NCBI GenBank assembly: GCA_048887225.1 | Contig: JBHLJY010000026.1 | Span: 1-30,063 of the forward strand | Reading direction: 5' to 3' | DNA length: 30,063 bases | Source: Candidatus Hodarchaeota archaeon | Lineage (GTDB): Archaea; Asgardarchaeota; Lokiarchaeia; Sigyniarchaeales; SOKP01 | Part shown: positions 9,720-17,799 of the stretch, in pieces | Layout: each line of letters opens with the position of its first letter | How positions within the stretch are numbered: position 1 is the stretch's first letter | Made by a program: the position numbers and the translations under genes | The notes under the pieces: generated by a model | What the model saw: only the letters and a program-made list of their open reading frames with translations | The model's database searches: none | Told to the model about the DNA's origin: nothing

Positions 9720-10805
9720 TTGATGATTATGGAAGTTGGTGTTATCGCCGCAAGTGGTTATACAGGTGGCGAAGCCGTTAGAATATTATTATCTCATCCG
9801 AAAGTTAATTTAAACTATATCACGTCACGTAAATTAGTTTCAAAATACTTTTATTCTGTTTATCCAAATTTAAGGAAAATTTCAAACCTAAAATTTGAAG
9901 AATATAATATAATCAAGGCAAAAGAAAAATGTGACATTGTTTTTTTAGCAGTACCTCATGGAATTTCACAAGATATGGTTCCAGAATTATTAGAAGTAGG
10001 TTTGAAAGTCATTGATTTAAGTGCAGATTTCAGAATAAAAGACGAAAAAATTTATCAAAAATATTATAAAAAAGAACATTCTCATCCAGAATTACTTGAT
10101 AAGGTTATTTATGGGTTACCAGAATTTCACAGAGAGGAACTTAAAAAAGCAAAATTAGTAGCTGTTGCTGGCTGTCACGCTTCAAGTGCAATTTATAGCT
10201 TATATCCTTTAATAAAGGAGGGTTTAATTCAAACTAATAATATTATCGTTGATTCAAAAACGGGATCTTCCGGTTCTGGAGCTATTATGAACGAATCAAC
10301 ACACCACCCTATTAGAGCAAATAGTATCCGCCCTTATAAAATGATAGGCCATCGCCATACAGCCGAAATAGAACAAGAGTTGACTTTAATTTTAAAATCG
10401 AAAAATAATCGAAATGATCAGGTTAAAGTTGGATTTTCAGCTCATGCCGTTAACTTAGTTAGAGGTATTTTATCTACTTCCCATGTGTTTTTTGATGATT
10501 CGATGGATTTAAACGAAAAAAAATTGTATAATGTGTTTCGAACAACTTACAAGGACGACCCATTTGTACGTCTAATTAACCAAAAAGTTGGAATTTTTAG
10601 ATTGCCAGATCCAAAATTGATTATTGGCACAAATTTTGCTGATGTTGGTTTTAAAATTGATGATCATATGAACCGAATAGTAGTATTATGCGCCTTGGAT
10701 AATTTAGTTAAGGGGGCTGCTGGTAATGCGGTTCAATGCATGAATATTATGTGTGGGTTCCCTGAAACAACTGGTCTTGAATTTCCAGGATATTTTCCAT
10801 TATAA
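9720..10805 (+). CDS. argC: N-acetyl-gamma-glutamyl-phosphate reductase (ArgC/LysY family)
   Basis: ASGYTGGE, DLSADFR, YGLPE, AGC, GSSGSG, GHRHTAEI and DNLVKGAAG. The real start may be ATG 9723 or 9729. Confidence 0.92.
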   Translation: MMIMEVGVIAASGYTGGEAVRILLSHPKVNLNYITSRKLVSKYFYSVYPNLRKISNLKFEEYNIIKAKEKCDIVFLAVPHGISQDMVPELLEVGLKVIDLSADFRIKDEKIYQKYYKKEHSHPELLDKVIYGLPEFHREELKKAKLVAVAGCHASSAIYSLYPLIKEGLIQTNNIIVDSKTGSSGSGAIMNESTHHPIRANSIRPYKMIGHRHTAEIEQELTLILKSKNNRNDQVKVGFSAHAVNLVRGILSTSHVFFDDSMDLNEKKLYNVFRTTYKDDPFVRLINQKVGIFRLPDPKLIIGTNFADVGFKIDDHMNRIVVLCALDNLVKGAAGNAVQCMNIMCGFPETTGLEFPGYFPL

Positions 10806-10863
10806 TTCAATTAAAAAATGTAATTTATTTAAATTTCAATTGAATTTCTACAAATATTTTCTC

Positions 10864-11094
10864 TTAAATATAAAAGATTGAAATTATAATAGCGATTAAA
10901 ATAGGGATGAAGAAGAGTAAACAAAGAAAGCCACAAAAACTATTTCTCCAATTTATATAGCTATTTGGAGCTAAAATTACCTTACAATTAGGACATCGCT
11001 TTAAAGCAATGGTCTTAATCTCTATTCCACAATAATAACATAAAGATACTTTAACATCACTTTTTATTTTTTCATTTGATTCAATTTCAGACAT
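10864..11094 (-). CDS. Small zinc-ribbon membrane protein
   Basis: CYYC-x11-CPNC followed by a C-terminal hydrophobic helix. Confidence 0.55.
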   Translation of the reverse strand: MSEIESNEKIKSDVKVSLCYYCGIEIKTIALKRCPNCKVILAPNSYINWRNSFCGFLCLLFFIPILIAIIISIFYI

Positions 11095-11258
11095 TAAGAA
11101 TTCCTAAGACTTAATATTTTGATGAGATTACCTATATTTATATAATATTTAAATTGAATTAAATTTTAAAATCATTGCTTGAAATAAAAAAAAAGAAAAA
11201 CACCAGAGAAATAGACTCACTCAAATTTCTATTTAAATAAACAATATCCTCCAAAAAG

Positions 11259-11618
11259 ATGAAAAATTTAATCGATAAAAATATAGAAATAGATCACACT
11301 ATTATTTACTTTACTCTTTATAAATTACATAAAAGTTATCTTTTATTAATTTCTGATCAAAAAAATATGGGAATTGGAAGTGTCACACTCTCAAGTCCTC
11401 CTTTAGTTGAAGGATTAAAATCAACGGCTGCCTCTTATAATTTATTTGGAGTAGAGAAGAAATTATTAAGCACAATTATTTCAGAAAAAGCCTCAAATAT
11501 ATTGAAAGCACCAGTTTTATTGTTACTTTTTTTAAAAATTAAGAAAAAAGAAGAAGAAATCGCAAAACCATTAATGAAATTTCTAATTGAAATACTAACA
11601 GATATAGCTGAAAAGTAG
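11259..11618 (+). CDS. Proteasome assembly chaperone 4 (PAC4/PSMG4)-like protein
   Basis: Size and pattern (F.LYKL..SYLLLI..GIGSVTLS.P...LFG...S.IISEK......PVLL) resemble the PAC4 family; judged by eye. Confidence 0.55.
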   Translation: MKNLIDKNIEIDHTIIYFTLYKLHKSYLLLISDQKNMGIGSVTLSSPPLVEGLKSTAASYNLFGVEKKLLSTIISEKASNILKAPVLLLLFLKIKKKEEEIAKPLMKFLIEILTDIAEK

Positions 11619-11632
11619 AAAAACTAAATAAT

Positions 11633-11950
11633 ATGTCTCAAAAAACAGATTTTATTCTTACGAGAATTTTTGGAAAAAGCGTTAGAGTCAAAATCTTAGA
11701 AATTCTTATAGAAAACACACTTCAAAAAGAAATTATATGGTTAAATATTTCGGAAATAGCGAAATTATGTGGTATATCAACATCCTCTTCAAAAAGAATT
11801 GTGGATAACTTAATTGAAGAAGGTTTAGTCGATTTAAAGCCTATACAGACTCATGCTAAAAATCCAGAAAAAGAAATTCGACTAAATTTAGATAGCAAAT
11901 TAATAAATGAATTAATCTTTTTTTTCAGAAAGTTGAAAGGTTTTACTTGA
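11633..11950 (+). CDS. Winged helix-turn-helix protein
   Basis: IFGKSVRVKILEIL...NISEIAKLCGISTSSSKRIVDNLIEEGLV. Confidence 0.75.
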   Translation: MSQKTDFILTRIFGKSVRVKILEILIENTLQKEIIWLNISEIAKLCGISTSSSKRIVDNLIEEGLVDLKPIQTHAKNPEKEIRLNLDSKLINELIFFFRKLKGFT

Positions 11951-12025
11951 AAAAGTTAAAAGAGAAAAAAGTAAATTCTATCTTTCTTAAATAAGAGTTT
12001 TTAATTTATATAACAAAAGAGAGAA

Positions 12026-12183
12026 TGCAGGGAGTGGGACTCGAACCCACGAACTCCTATGAGGCTGGATATCTCATCAGAGTATAAGTCAACGGAAATT
12101 TTATTAAGAGGATCTTGAATCCAGTTTTGAGATTTTCTTTTCCCAAAATGTCCAGCGCCGTTGACCAGCTTGGCTATCCCTGC
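12026..12183 (-). tRNA. tRNA-Leu(CAA) with two introns (12119-12149 at 32/33; 12071-12113 at 37/38)
   Basis: Removing both introns gives an 84-nt cloverleaf: GCAGGGA/TCCCTGC acceptor, CTGGA-CTCAAGA-TCCAG anticodon arm, long variable arm, GTGGG-TTCGAGT-CCCAC T-arm. Both junctions fold as BHB-type motifs. Confidence 0.92.
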
Positions 12184-12318
12184 TGCTTTAATGAATTTTA
12201 AATAATTTGTTGATCTTGGCGTATTATAATATTATATAAGTTGCAATTAAAAAAATTTATTTCTTTAAATAGGAAAAAAATATAGTAAAGTATAAGGAGT
12301 ACGAGATAAAAAATTTTT

Positions 12319-12549
12319 TTAAAACATGAAAAATATCATTATGAACATAAACAGCATCAATACAAGAAGAAACACCAACTGAATCCTTCCTTTTTTTTTC
12401 TGTTTCATCTCGTAACCAAGATATTTATCCCTACAAGCTTGACCACAAAATTTCTTATCGGGAGGTACTGCTTTACCACAAATGCTACAATGAGCATGGG
12501 GACCCCATTTTTGTTTAATTTGATCTTTCCATGAGTTTTTTTGAGACAT
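12319..12549 (-). CDS. DUF2116-family Zn-ribbon membrane protein
   Basis: PHAHCSICGKAVPPDKKFCGQAC followed by a basic stretch and a TM helix. Confidence 0.8.
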   Translation of the reverse strand: MSQKNSWKDQIKQKWGPHAHCSICGKAVPPDKKFCGQACRDKYLGYEMKQKKKGRIQLVFLLVLMLFMFIMIFFMF

Positions 12550-12623
12550 CCTATTTTATTCACACTTAAAAAATTAATAATAAGATCACTAAATATTGAA
12601 GATTAAAATATTTTTTTTGAGCC

Positions 12624-13334
12624 TTATTTATACGTTATAATTGTACCAGTTATTTTTTTCTCTCCATTCCAATAGTTATTAAAGTCGTTTAAATCTTCTC
12701 CCGACGTAATTAACACTTTGATCTTACTTCTTTTCAATATCTGCAAGGAAACGGCATCAAATATGCGGTACTCACCAGCCGCTGCTTGTTTAGCTCCAGA
12801 AGATTTTAAAATTAATTCCTGCAATTCTTCATAATTTAATTTCTCATATAATTTAGCATCTTTAAATTTATTAGGATCTTTATCATAAATGCCTTTTACA
12901 TCTGTAAGAATAAATAATTCTTCAGCATTAATATATTCCGCAACTTCAAAAGCCACAGATGTCGTAGATTGCCCTGGTTGCAAACCTCCCATGATAACAA
13001 TTTTACCAAAGAGTATGGCTGTAGAAAGCTCTTCTATTGATTTTGGGACCTCTGGATAAGCAAAATCTTGAAAAGCTGATATAATTAATTTAGAATTTAT
13101 TCGAGACAGAGCAATTCCTAATATATCACATAGTGCTTCGTTGTCATTAAAAGATCTAACAGCATCAATATAGTCTCGTGCAATTGTCCCTCCACCACAC
13201 ACAATAACATGGGTCCCGGAGTATGTCTTTCTTTTAAAAATTTTACAGAATTCAGCAATTTTTTTTGAATTTATTTTTTTATCTTCAGTAAACAATAACG
13301 AACCTCCCAGCTTTATTACACTTTTTGCTTTCAT
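12624..13334 (-). CDS. pyrH: UMP kinase
   Basis: KLGGS, VCGGGTIARDYI, MGGLQPGQSTT, TDVKGIYDKDP. Confidence 0.95.
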   Translation of the reverse strand: MKAKSVIKLGGSLLFTEDKKINSKKIAEFCKIFKRKTYSGTHVIVCGGGTIARDYIDAVRSFNDNEALCDILGIALSRINSKLIISAFQDFAYPEVPKSIEELSTAILFGKIVIMGGLQPGQSTTSVAFEVAEYINAEELFILTDVKGIYDKDPNKFKDAKLYEKLNYEELQELILKSSGAKQAAAGEYRIFDAVSLQILKRSKIKVLITSGEDLNDFNNYWNGEKKITGTIITYK

Positions 13335-13403
13335 AATATTTTCAATCTATTTTTCTTTGTATAAATATATAGTTGATTTGATAAATTAAGTTATCTAAGA
13401 TAT

Positions 13404-14366
13404 ATGTCTAAGAATATCAAAAAAGTAATTGTTGAAGTCCCCCATAGAATATCTGGCTTTTTTGAAATAGTAGATGAAATAAATGGGAAAAAGATTAAGG
13501 ATCCAGTAAAGATTGGTTCCCGAGGCGCTGGATTTTGTCTAAGTGCTGTGGGGAGAACAGAGATCTCTATTGAGGATTCTAAAAAAGATGGAGATTCGAG
13601 ATGTAGTATTAATATTAATAATGAAAAATTAAATCAGAGGGCAGAAACATCTTATTATATTTTTAATTATATTAAAAAATATTTAAAAAATCCAGTTAAA
13701 ATCCAAATTAATCATACATTTGATCTTCCAGTAGGATGTGGCTATGGAGCAAGTGGTTCTGGGGCCTTAGGTACTATATTTGGTTTGAATTATTTACTAA
13801 ATCTTAATTTATCATATGAAGAAAGAGGGAGAATCGCCCATATAGCAGAAATAGTAAACAGAACGGGATTAGGGACCGTTTGTGGGATGTTGGGCCGAGG
13901 TTTGTGTATGTTAAAGGAACCAGGATATCCATGCATTATTAAACGTATAAATGTACCTCAAGGAATCAAGATAATTTGTGGTACTTTTGGAATGATTCCT
14001 ACTAAATCTATTTTAAAATCTGAAAACCTAACTACAAAAATAAAGGAAGCGGGGAGAAAAGCATTACAGAAATTAACAAACGAAGAAAATTTATTTATGT
14101 TTACAAAAGCTTCCATAGAGTTCGTAAAGGAAACTAAAATACTTTCCAGTTTAAATTTGATTAAAACCAAAGAATTAATGGATGAACTCAATAAATTAGA
14201 TATTATTGGTGCTAGTATGAACCAATTAGGACGTTCTGTCTATGCTATTGGTAAAAAGAAAGATGTAAACAAAATGATGGGAGTTTTTGAATCATATAAA
14301 CCAGAAATTAAAATATTTCATCTCTCAATTAATAATAATTACCCAAGAATCTTAAGAGAGAAATAA
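13404..14366 (+). CDS. Pantoate kinase (GHMP family)
   Basis: PHRISGFF, GSRGAG, LPVGCGYGASG, AHIAE...TGLGTV. Confidence 0.85.
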   Translation: MSKNIKKVIVEVPHRISGFFEIVDEINGKKIKDPVKIGSRGAGFCLSAVGRTEISIEDSKKDGDSRCSININNEKLNQRAETSYYIFNYIKKYLKNPVKIQINHTFDLPVGCGYGASGSGALGTIFGLNYLLNLNLSYEERGRIAHIAEIVNRTGLGTVCGMLGRGLCMLKEPGYPCIIKRINVPQGIKIICGTFGMIPTKSILKSENLTTKIKEAGRKALQKLTNEENLFMFTKASIEFVKETKILSSLNLIKTKELMDELNKLDIIGASMNQLGRSVYAIGKKKDVNKMMGVFESYKPEIKIFHLSINNNYPRILREK

Positions 14367-14377
14367 ATTATACAATT

Positions 14378-15184
14378 TTATTTCAGTGATTTTGATTTTA
14401 AAGTTGCTGCTTCAACGGCTTTAATAAGCGTGGATCTCAATTTTCCCTTTTCTAATACATGTAGAGCTGTTATTGTAGTTCCTCCTGGAGATGTTACCAT
14501 ATCCTTTAATTTTCCAGGATGTTCATTTGTTTCTAAAACCATTTTAGCAGCACCAAAGCCAGTTTGTGCTGCTAATTTAAGAGCAATATTCCTAGGAAGG
14601 CCCATTTTTACTCCTCCATCTGCTAGTGCTTCGATTATCATGAAAAAATAAGCTGGCCCACTTCCAGATAAACCAGTAACAGCATCGATATATTTCTCAT
14701 CCAATTCAACAATTATCCCTACAGAATTCAAAATATTTTTGATATATTCTAAATCGTCTTTATTTACAATTTTGTTGTATGACATAGCAGAAGCTCCAGC
14801 ACTTACCAAAACAGGAGTATTAGGCATTACTCTAATTATTCCAGTTTGTTTGTTGAGATATTTTTCTATATGATTGATGGTAATTCCTGCTGCAATAGAT
14901 ACTATAATCTTTTGTTCGTTTACAACTGAACTAATTTCTTTTAATACTGAGTCTATTACTTGTGGTTTAACAGCAATAAGGATATATTTTGATTCTCGAG
15001 CCAATTCAATGTTATTGTTAGCAGTATCTACATTAAATTCTCGGGATCGATCGTTAAGTAGATTTTCATTTGTATCTGAAATCATGATTTTATTTTGTTC
15101 TACTATTTTCGAGTTTAAAATACCTTTAAGTAAAGCGGTACCCATATTGCCAATTCCGATAATTCCCAATTCTTTATTAGACAT
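14378..15184 (-). CDS. proC: Pyrroline-5-carboxylate reductase
   Basis: GIGNMG, AVKPQ, RVMPNTP, SGSGPAY, VTSPGGTT. Confidence 0.97.
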   Translation of the reverse strand: MSNKELGIIGIGNMGTALLKGILNSKIVEQNKIMISDTNENLLNDRSREFNVDTANNNIELARESKYILIAVKPQVIDSVLKEISSVVNEQKIIVSIAAGITINHIEKYLNKQTGIIRVMPNTPVLVSAGASAMSYNKIVNKDDLEYIKNILNSVGIIVELDEKYIDAVTGLSGSGPAYFFMIIEALADGGVKMGLPRNIALKLAAQTGFGAAKMVLETNEHPGKLKDMVTSPGGTTITALHVLEKGKLRSTLIKAVEAATLKSKSLK

Positions 15185-15246
15185 AGATTAATATCACTTT
15201 TTTATTTAAAATAAATTTTTAATTAGTCCATATTAAGTTCTTCTTT

Positions 15247-15978
15247 TTATTTATATAATTCCCTTTTTAGACTTTCTATAAGGCTCTTTTTTATCATTCC
15301 ATTATTCCTATCGAGATCTTCGCAAACAGCCCTTCTGACACCAATTATATCTGGAGAAATTTGTCTTATTTTTGGTATATCTTTTTTCATTATATTTCCA
15401 GCCAAAGCTACTCTAAGATTTAATTTATTCGCTTTTTCTTTAAATGTAATTAATTCCTCCATACTTAAAAAATCAAATATCCCTTTATCATCTTTGATAT
15501 AAGTATCAAGCATTGCAATATCAGATCCAGATTCTGCTGCAATAGCTGGAATCTCTAAAAATTTTGGTGAAGTTTTTATTCTTGAACGATCTGCATATCC
15601 AGCTGCTACAACTTTTATCTCATTATTATAATCTTTTACAGCTTTCACAACATTTCTCATTAATTTAATACCTTGATTGTCGTTTTTTGGACCTTTTAAA
15701 CCCACCTTTATTACATCAGCACCTGAAACTGCCGCTCCTAAGGCTGCTAACGATGCTGAACCAGGTAAATTAGGAAAATTTCCAATGGCGGCACTTAATA
15801 GTTGAGAGCTATTTGATGGAATTAATTCTTTCATGCGTTTTATAATCCATGGAAAATTTGCTCCTAGAGATCCTTCACTAGGATTTTTGCAATCGATATA
15901 ATCTATTTTAGAGTCGACTGCAACCTTTGCTCCTTCTATGTTTTTAGGGCTTATTAATAGTTTAATTTTATTACGCAT
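15247..15978 (-). CDS. mfnB: (5-formylfuran-3-yl)methyl phosphate synthase (methanofuran biosynthesis)
   Basis: LLISP, IDCKNPSEGSLGANFPWII, KVGL, GYAD, MLDTYIKD, LAG, GVR. Confidence 0.9.
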   Translation of the reverse strand: MRNKIKLLISPKNIEGAKVAVDSKIDYIDCKNPSEGSLGANFPWIIKRMKELIPSNSSQLLSAAIGNFPNLPGSASLAALGAAVSGADVIKVGLKGPKNDNQGIKLMRNVVKAVKDYNNEIKVVAAGYADRSRIKTSPKFLEIPAIAAESGSDIAMLDTYIKDDKGIFDFLSMEELITFKEKANKLNLRVALAGNIMKKDIPKIRQISPDIIGVRRAVCEDLDRNNGMIKKSLIESLKRELYK

Positions 15979-16250
15979 ATCTAATCATTATTAATATAAA
16001 AAAATTAAAAAACTTATTTAGCCGAAAAAGGAAACAACAATATAATTTAAAATAAGAAGAAAAATCTAATTAGAAATAACTTGAAATTATTAACGAAAAA
16101 AAATTGAAATTCAAAAAGCTTTCATTTAAAAACCTCATTGATTTAAATCGTTAAACTCGTAGCAAAATAAAATTTGAAAGAAAATTTAAAAGTAATTTAG
16201 GGTATTATAAAAATAAATATAAATAGCATTTATTTTATTATGATATTATT

Positions 16251-16781
16251 ATGTCACCAAAAGAAATTACAAAATTTCCAATCACAGAAGCTGTTTTCAA
16301 AGATCCTTTAGAAGTTATAAAAGAATTGACAGAAAAATTCGACGGTTTAAAATATACGAAAGTTATACAAACATTTGTTATGGAAGATAGAAGATTAACT
16401 TTAAATTTACAAAAATTAGGATCTACTTTTTTTAAAGGAAAAATTGTATGGATTGGAAATAAAAAAGATGGCACCGAAGGAACATTATTTTGTGTTGATA
16501 CGGGATCTGAATTAAAACAAATTAATCCAAGCCCAGAGAATACCAGTTCGGTAACATTAGAAACTAAAAAAGAAGCGATTGTAATATCTACTGTATCAAC
16601 AACTAAATGCATAGTGTGTGGAAATGATTTAGAAATTTTTCATAATATAGCTGGATGTCCCATTTGTCAAGCAAAGGCACATCGCGAACATTTGATAGAT
16701 TGGATTAATATGAAACATTCGTGTCCAACGTGTAAAAAATCTTTAAATGTGTCATCTACAGGCGTAATTATGATTGATTAA
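16251..16781 (+). CDS. RING-finger protein (putative E3 ubiquitin ligase)
   Basis: C-terminal CIVC-x12-CPIC-x4-HREH..DW...CPTC. Confidence 0.7.
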   Translation: MSPKEITKFPITEAVFKDPLEVIKELTEKFDGLKYTKVIQTFVMEDRRLTLNLQKLGSTFFKGKIVWIGNKKDGTEGTLFCVDTGSELKQINPSPENTSSVTLETKKEAIVISTVSTTKCIVCGNDLEIFHNIAGCPICQAKAHREHLIDWINMKHSCPTCKKSLNVSSTGVIMID

Positions 16782-17529
16782 TATTATTTTTTTCTTTAAA
16801 AACTTTTAAGTTATCTATACTAATCGAACCATCATATAACGCAGTAGCAATTAAAACTCCAGTGAATTTATTATTATAATAATTCAACACATCTCTAAAA
16901 TCTTTAATTCCTCCTCCAACTAATACAGCTCCTTTAAAAAATTCTCTAATTTTTAAGTAAATTGATGGGATTCCTCCTATTTTTTGCCCAACTCTAAATA
17001 AATCAAGAAGTATTAGTTCCCTTACACCAAATTTTTTTAAAGTACTAACAACTTTTATTGGATTTTGAGTTTTCAGTTCTTTTATTTTTGAAATTATGGT
17101 TCCTTTAAACATATCAACACTTACAATTAATTTGAATTCTCCAAAAATTTTTAATCCTTCGCGAATTATATCAATACTATTAATAGATTCCAAGCCTAAA
17201 ATTAATTTTTTTTGTTTGTATTTCGAATATTTTTGAAGGTCTTCCTTATCTTTAATCCCAGGATCAATTATTACATTTATTTCTGGAATTCTTAATATTT
17301 TTGATAATATTTCTAAATTCGGTCTATTCTTAATAATTGCATCTAAGTCTGCTATATAAAATTCCCTGAAATTAAATTCCCGTTTGAGAACTTTTATAAT
17401 TTCTATTGGATCTGAAGACTTTATTAATTTAGATTCTAAAGGTTTATATTTAGCCCTCTCACCTTTTATTGCATGTACTGCCTTAGAATTCAATATATCT
17501 ATTACAGGTATGATTTTAAAATTTGACAT
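16768..17529 (-). CDS. HisA/HisF-related TIM-barrel protein (C1-cofactor-linked family)
   Basis: IIPVIDI....VHA..GER..Y.P, YIADLDAI, LLDL.RVG, VGGG, ATALYDG. Confidence 0.8.
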   Translation of the reverse strand: MSNFKIIPVIDILNSKAVHAIKGERAKYKPLESKLIKSSDPIEIIKVLKREFNFREFYIADLDAIIKNRPNLEILSKILRIPEINVIIDPGIKDKEDLQKYSKYKQKKLILGLESINSIDIIREGLKIFGEFKLIVSVDMFKGTIISKIKELKTQNPIKVVSTLKKFGVRELILLDLFRVGQKIGGIPSIYLKIREFFKGAVLVGGGIKDFRDVLNYYNNKFTGVLIATALYDGSISIDNLKVFKEKNNINQS

Positions 17530-17716
17530 AATTTATAATTAAAGATTGTTAATATTGAAGATTAAATTAATAAATTTTAAAATTTCTTGATTTTAATAAT
17601 ACAATTCTATTATAATTCTATCTGCTTTTCAAGAAAAAAAATGATAAAACAAGAATACTCCTTTTTTTTAAATTGGATGGCAATTTAATTAACAAATAAC
17701 AATTTAATTTTTAAAT

Positions 17717-17771
17717 AATCATTTCTAAATTACTTTTAAAAAATCATTTCTAAATTACTTTTAAAAAATCA
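17717..17771. repeat. Perfect 25-bp tandem duplication (AATCATTTCTAAATTACTTTTAAAA x2.2)
   Basis: Units start at 17717 and 17742, with a partial third copy at 17767. Confidence 0.9.
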
Positions 17772-17799
17772 GAATATAAATAAATTAAATTTGATAAAT

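Noticed and set aside
12071-12113. Box C/D guide RNA in the tRNA-Leu(CAA) intron (CTGATGA)
   Set aside because: The apparent C and D boxes overlap each other and the BHB helix, and the antisense 8-mer is not adjacent to box D.
17717-17771. CRISPR-like repeat
   Set aside because: The copies are directly adjacent with no spacers, and there are no cas genes.
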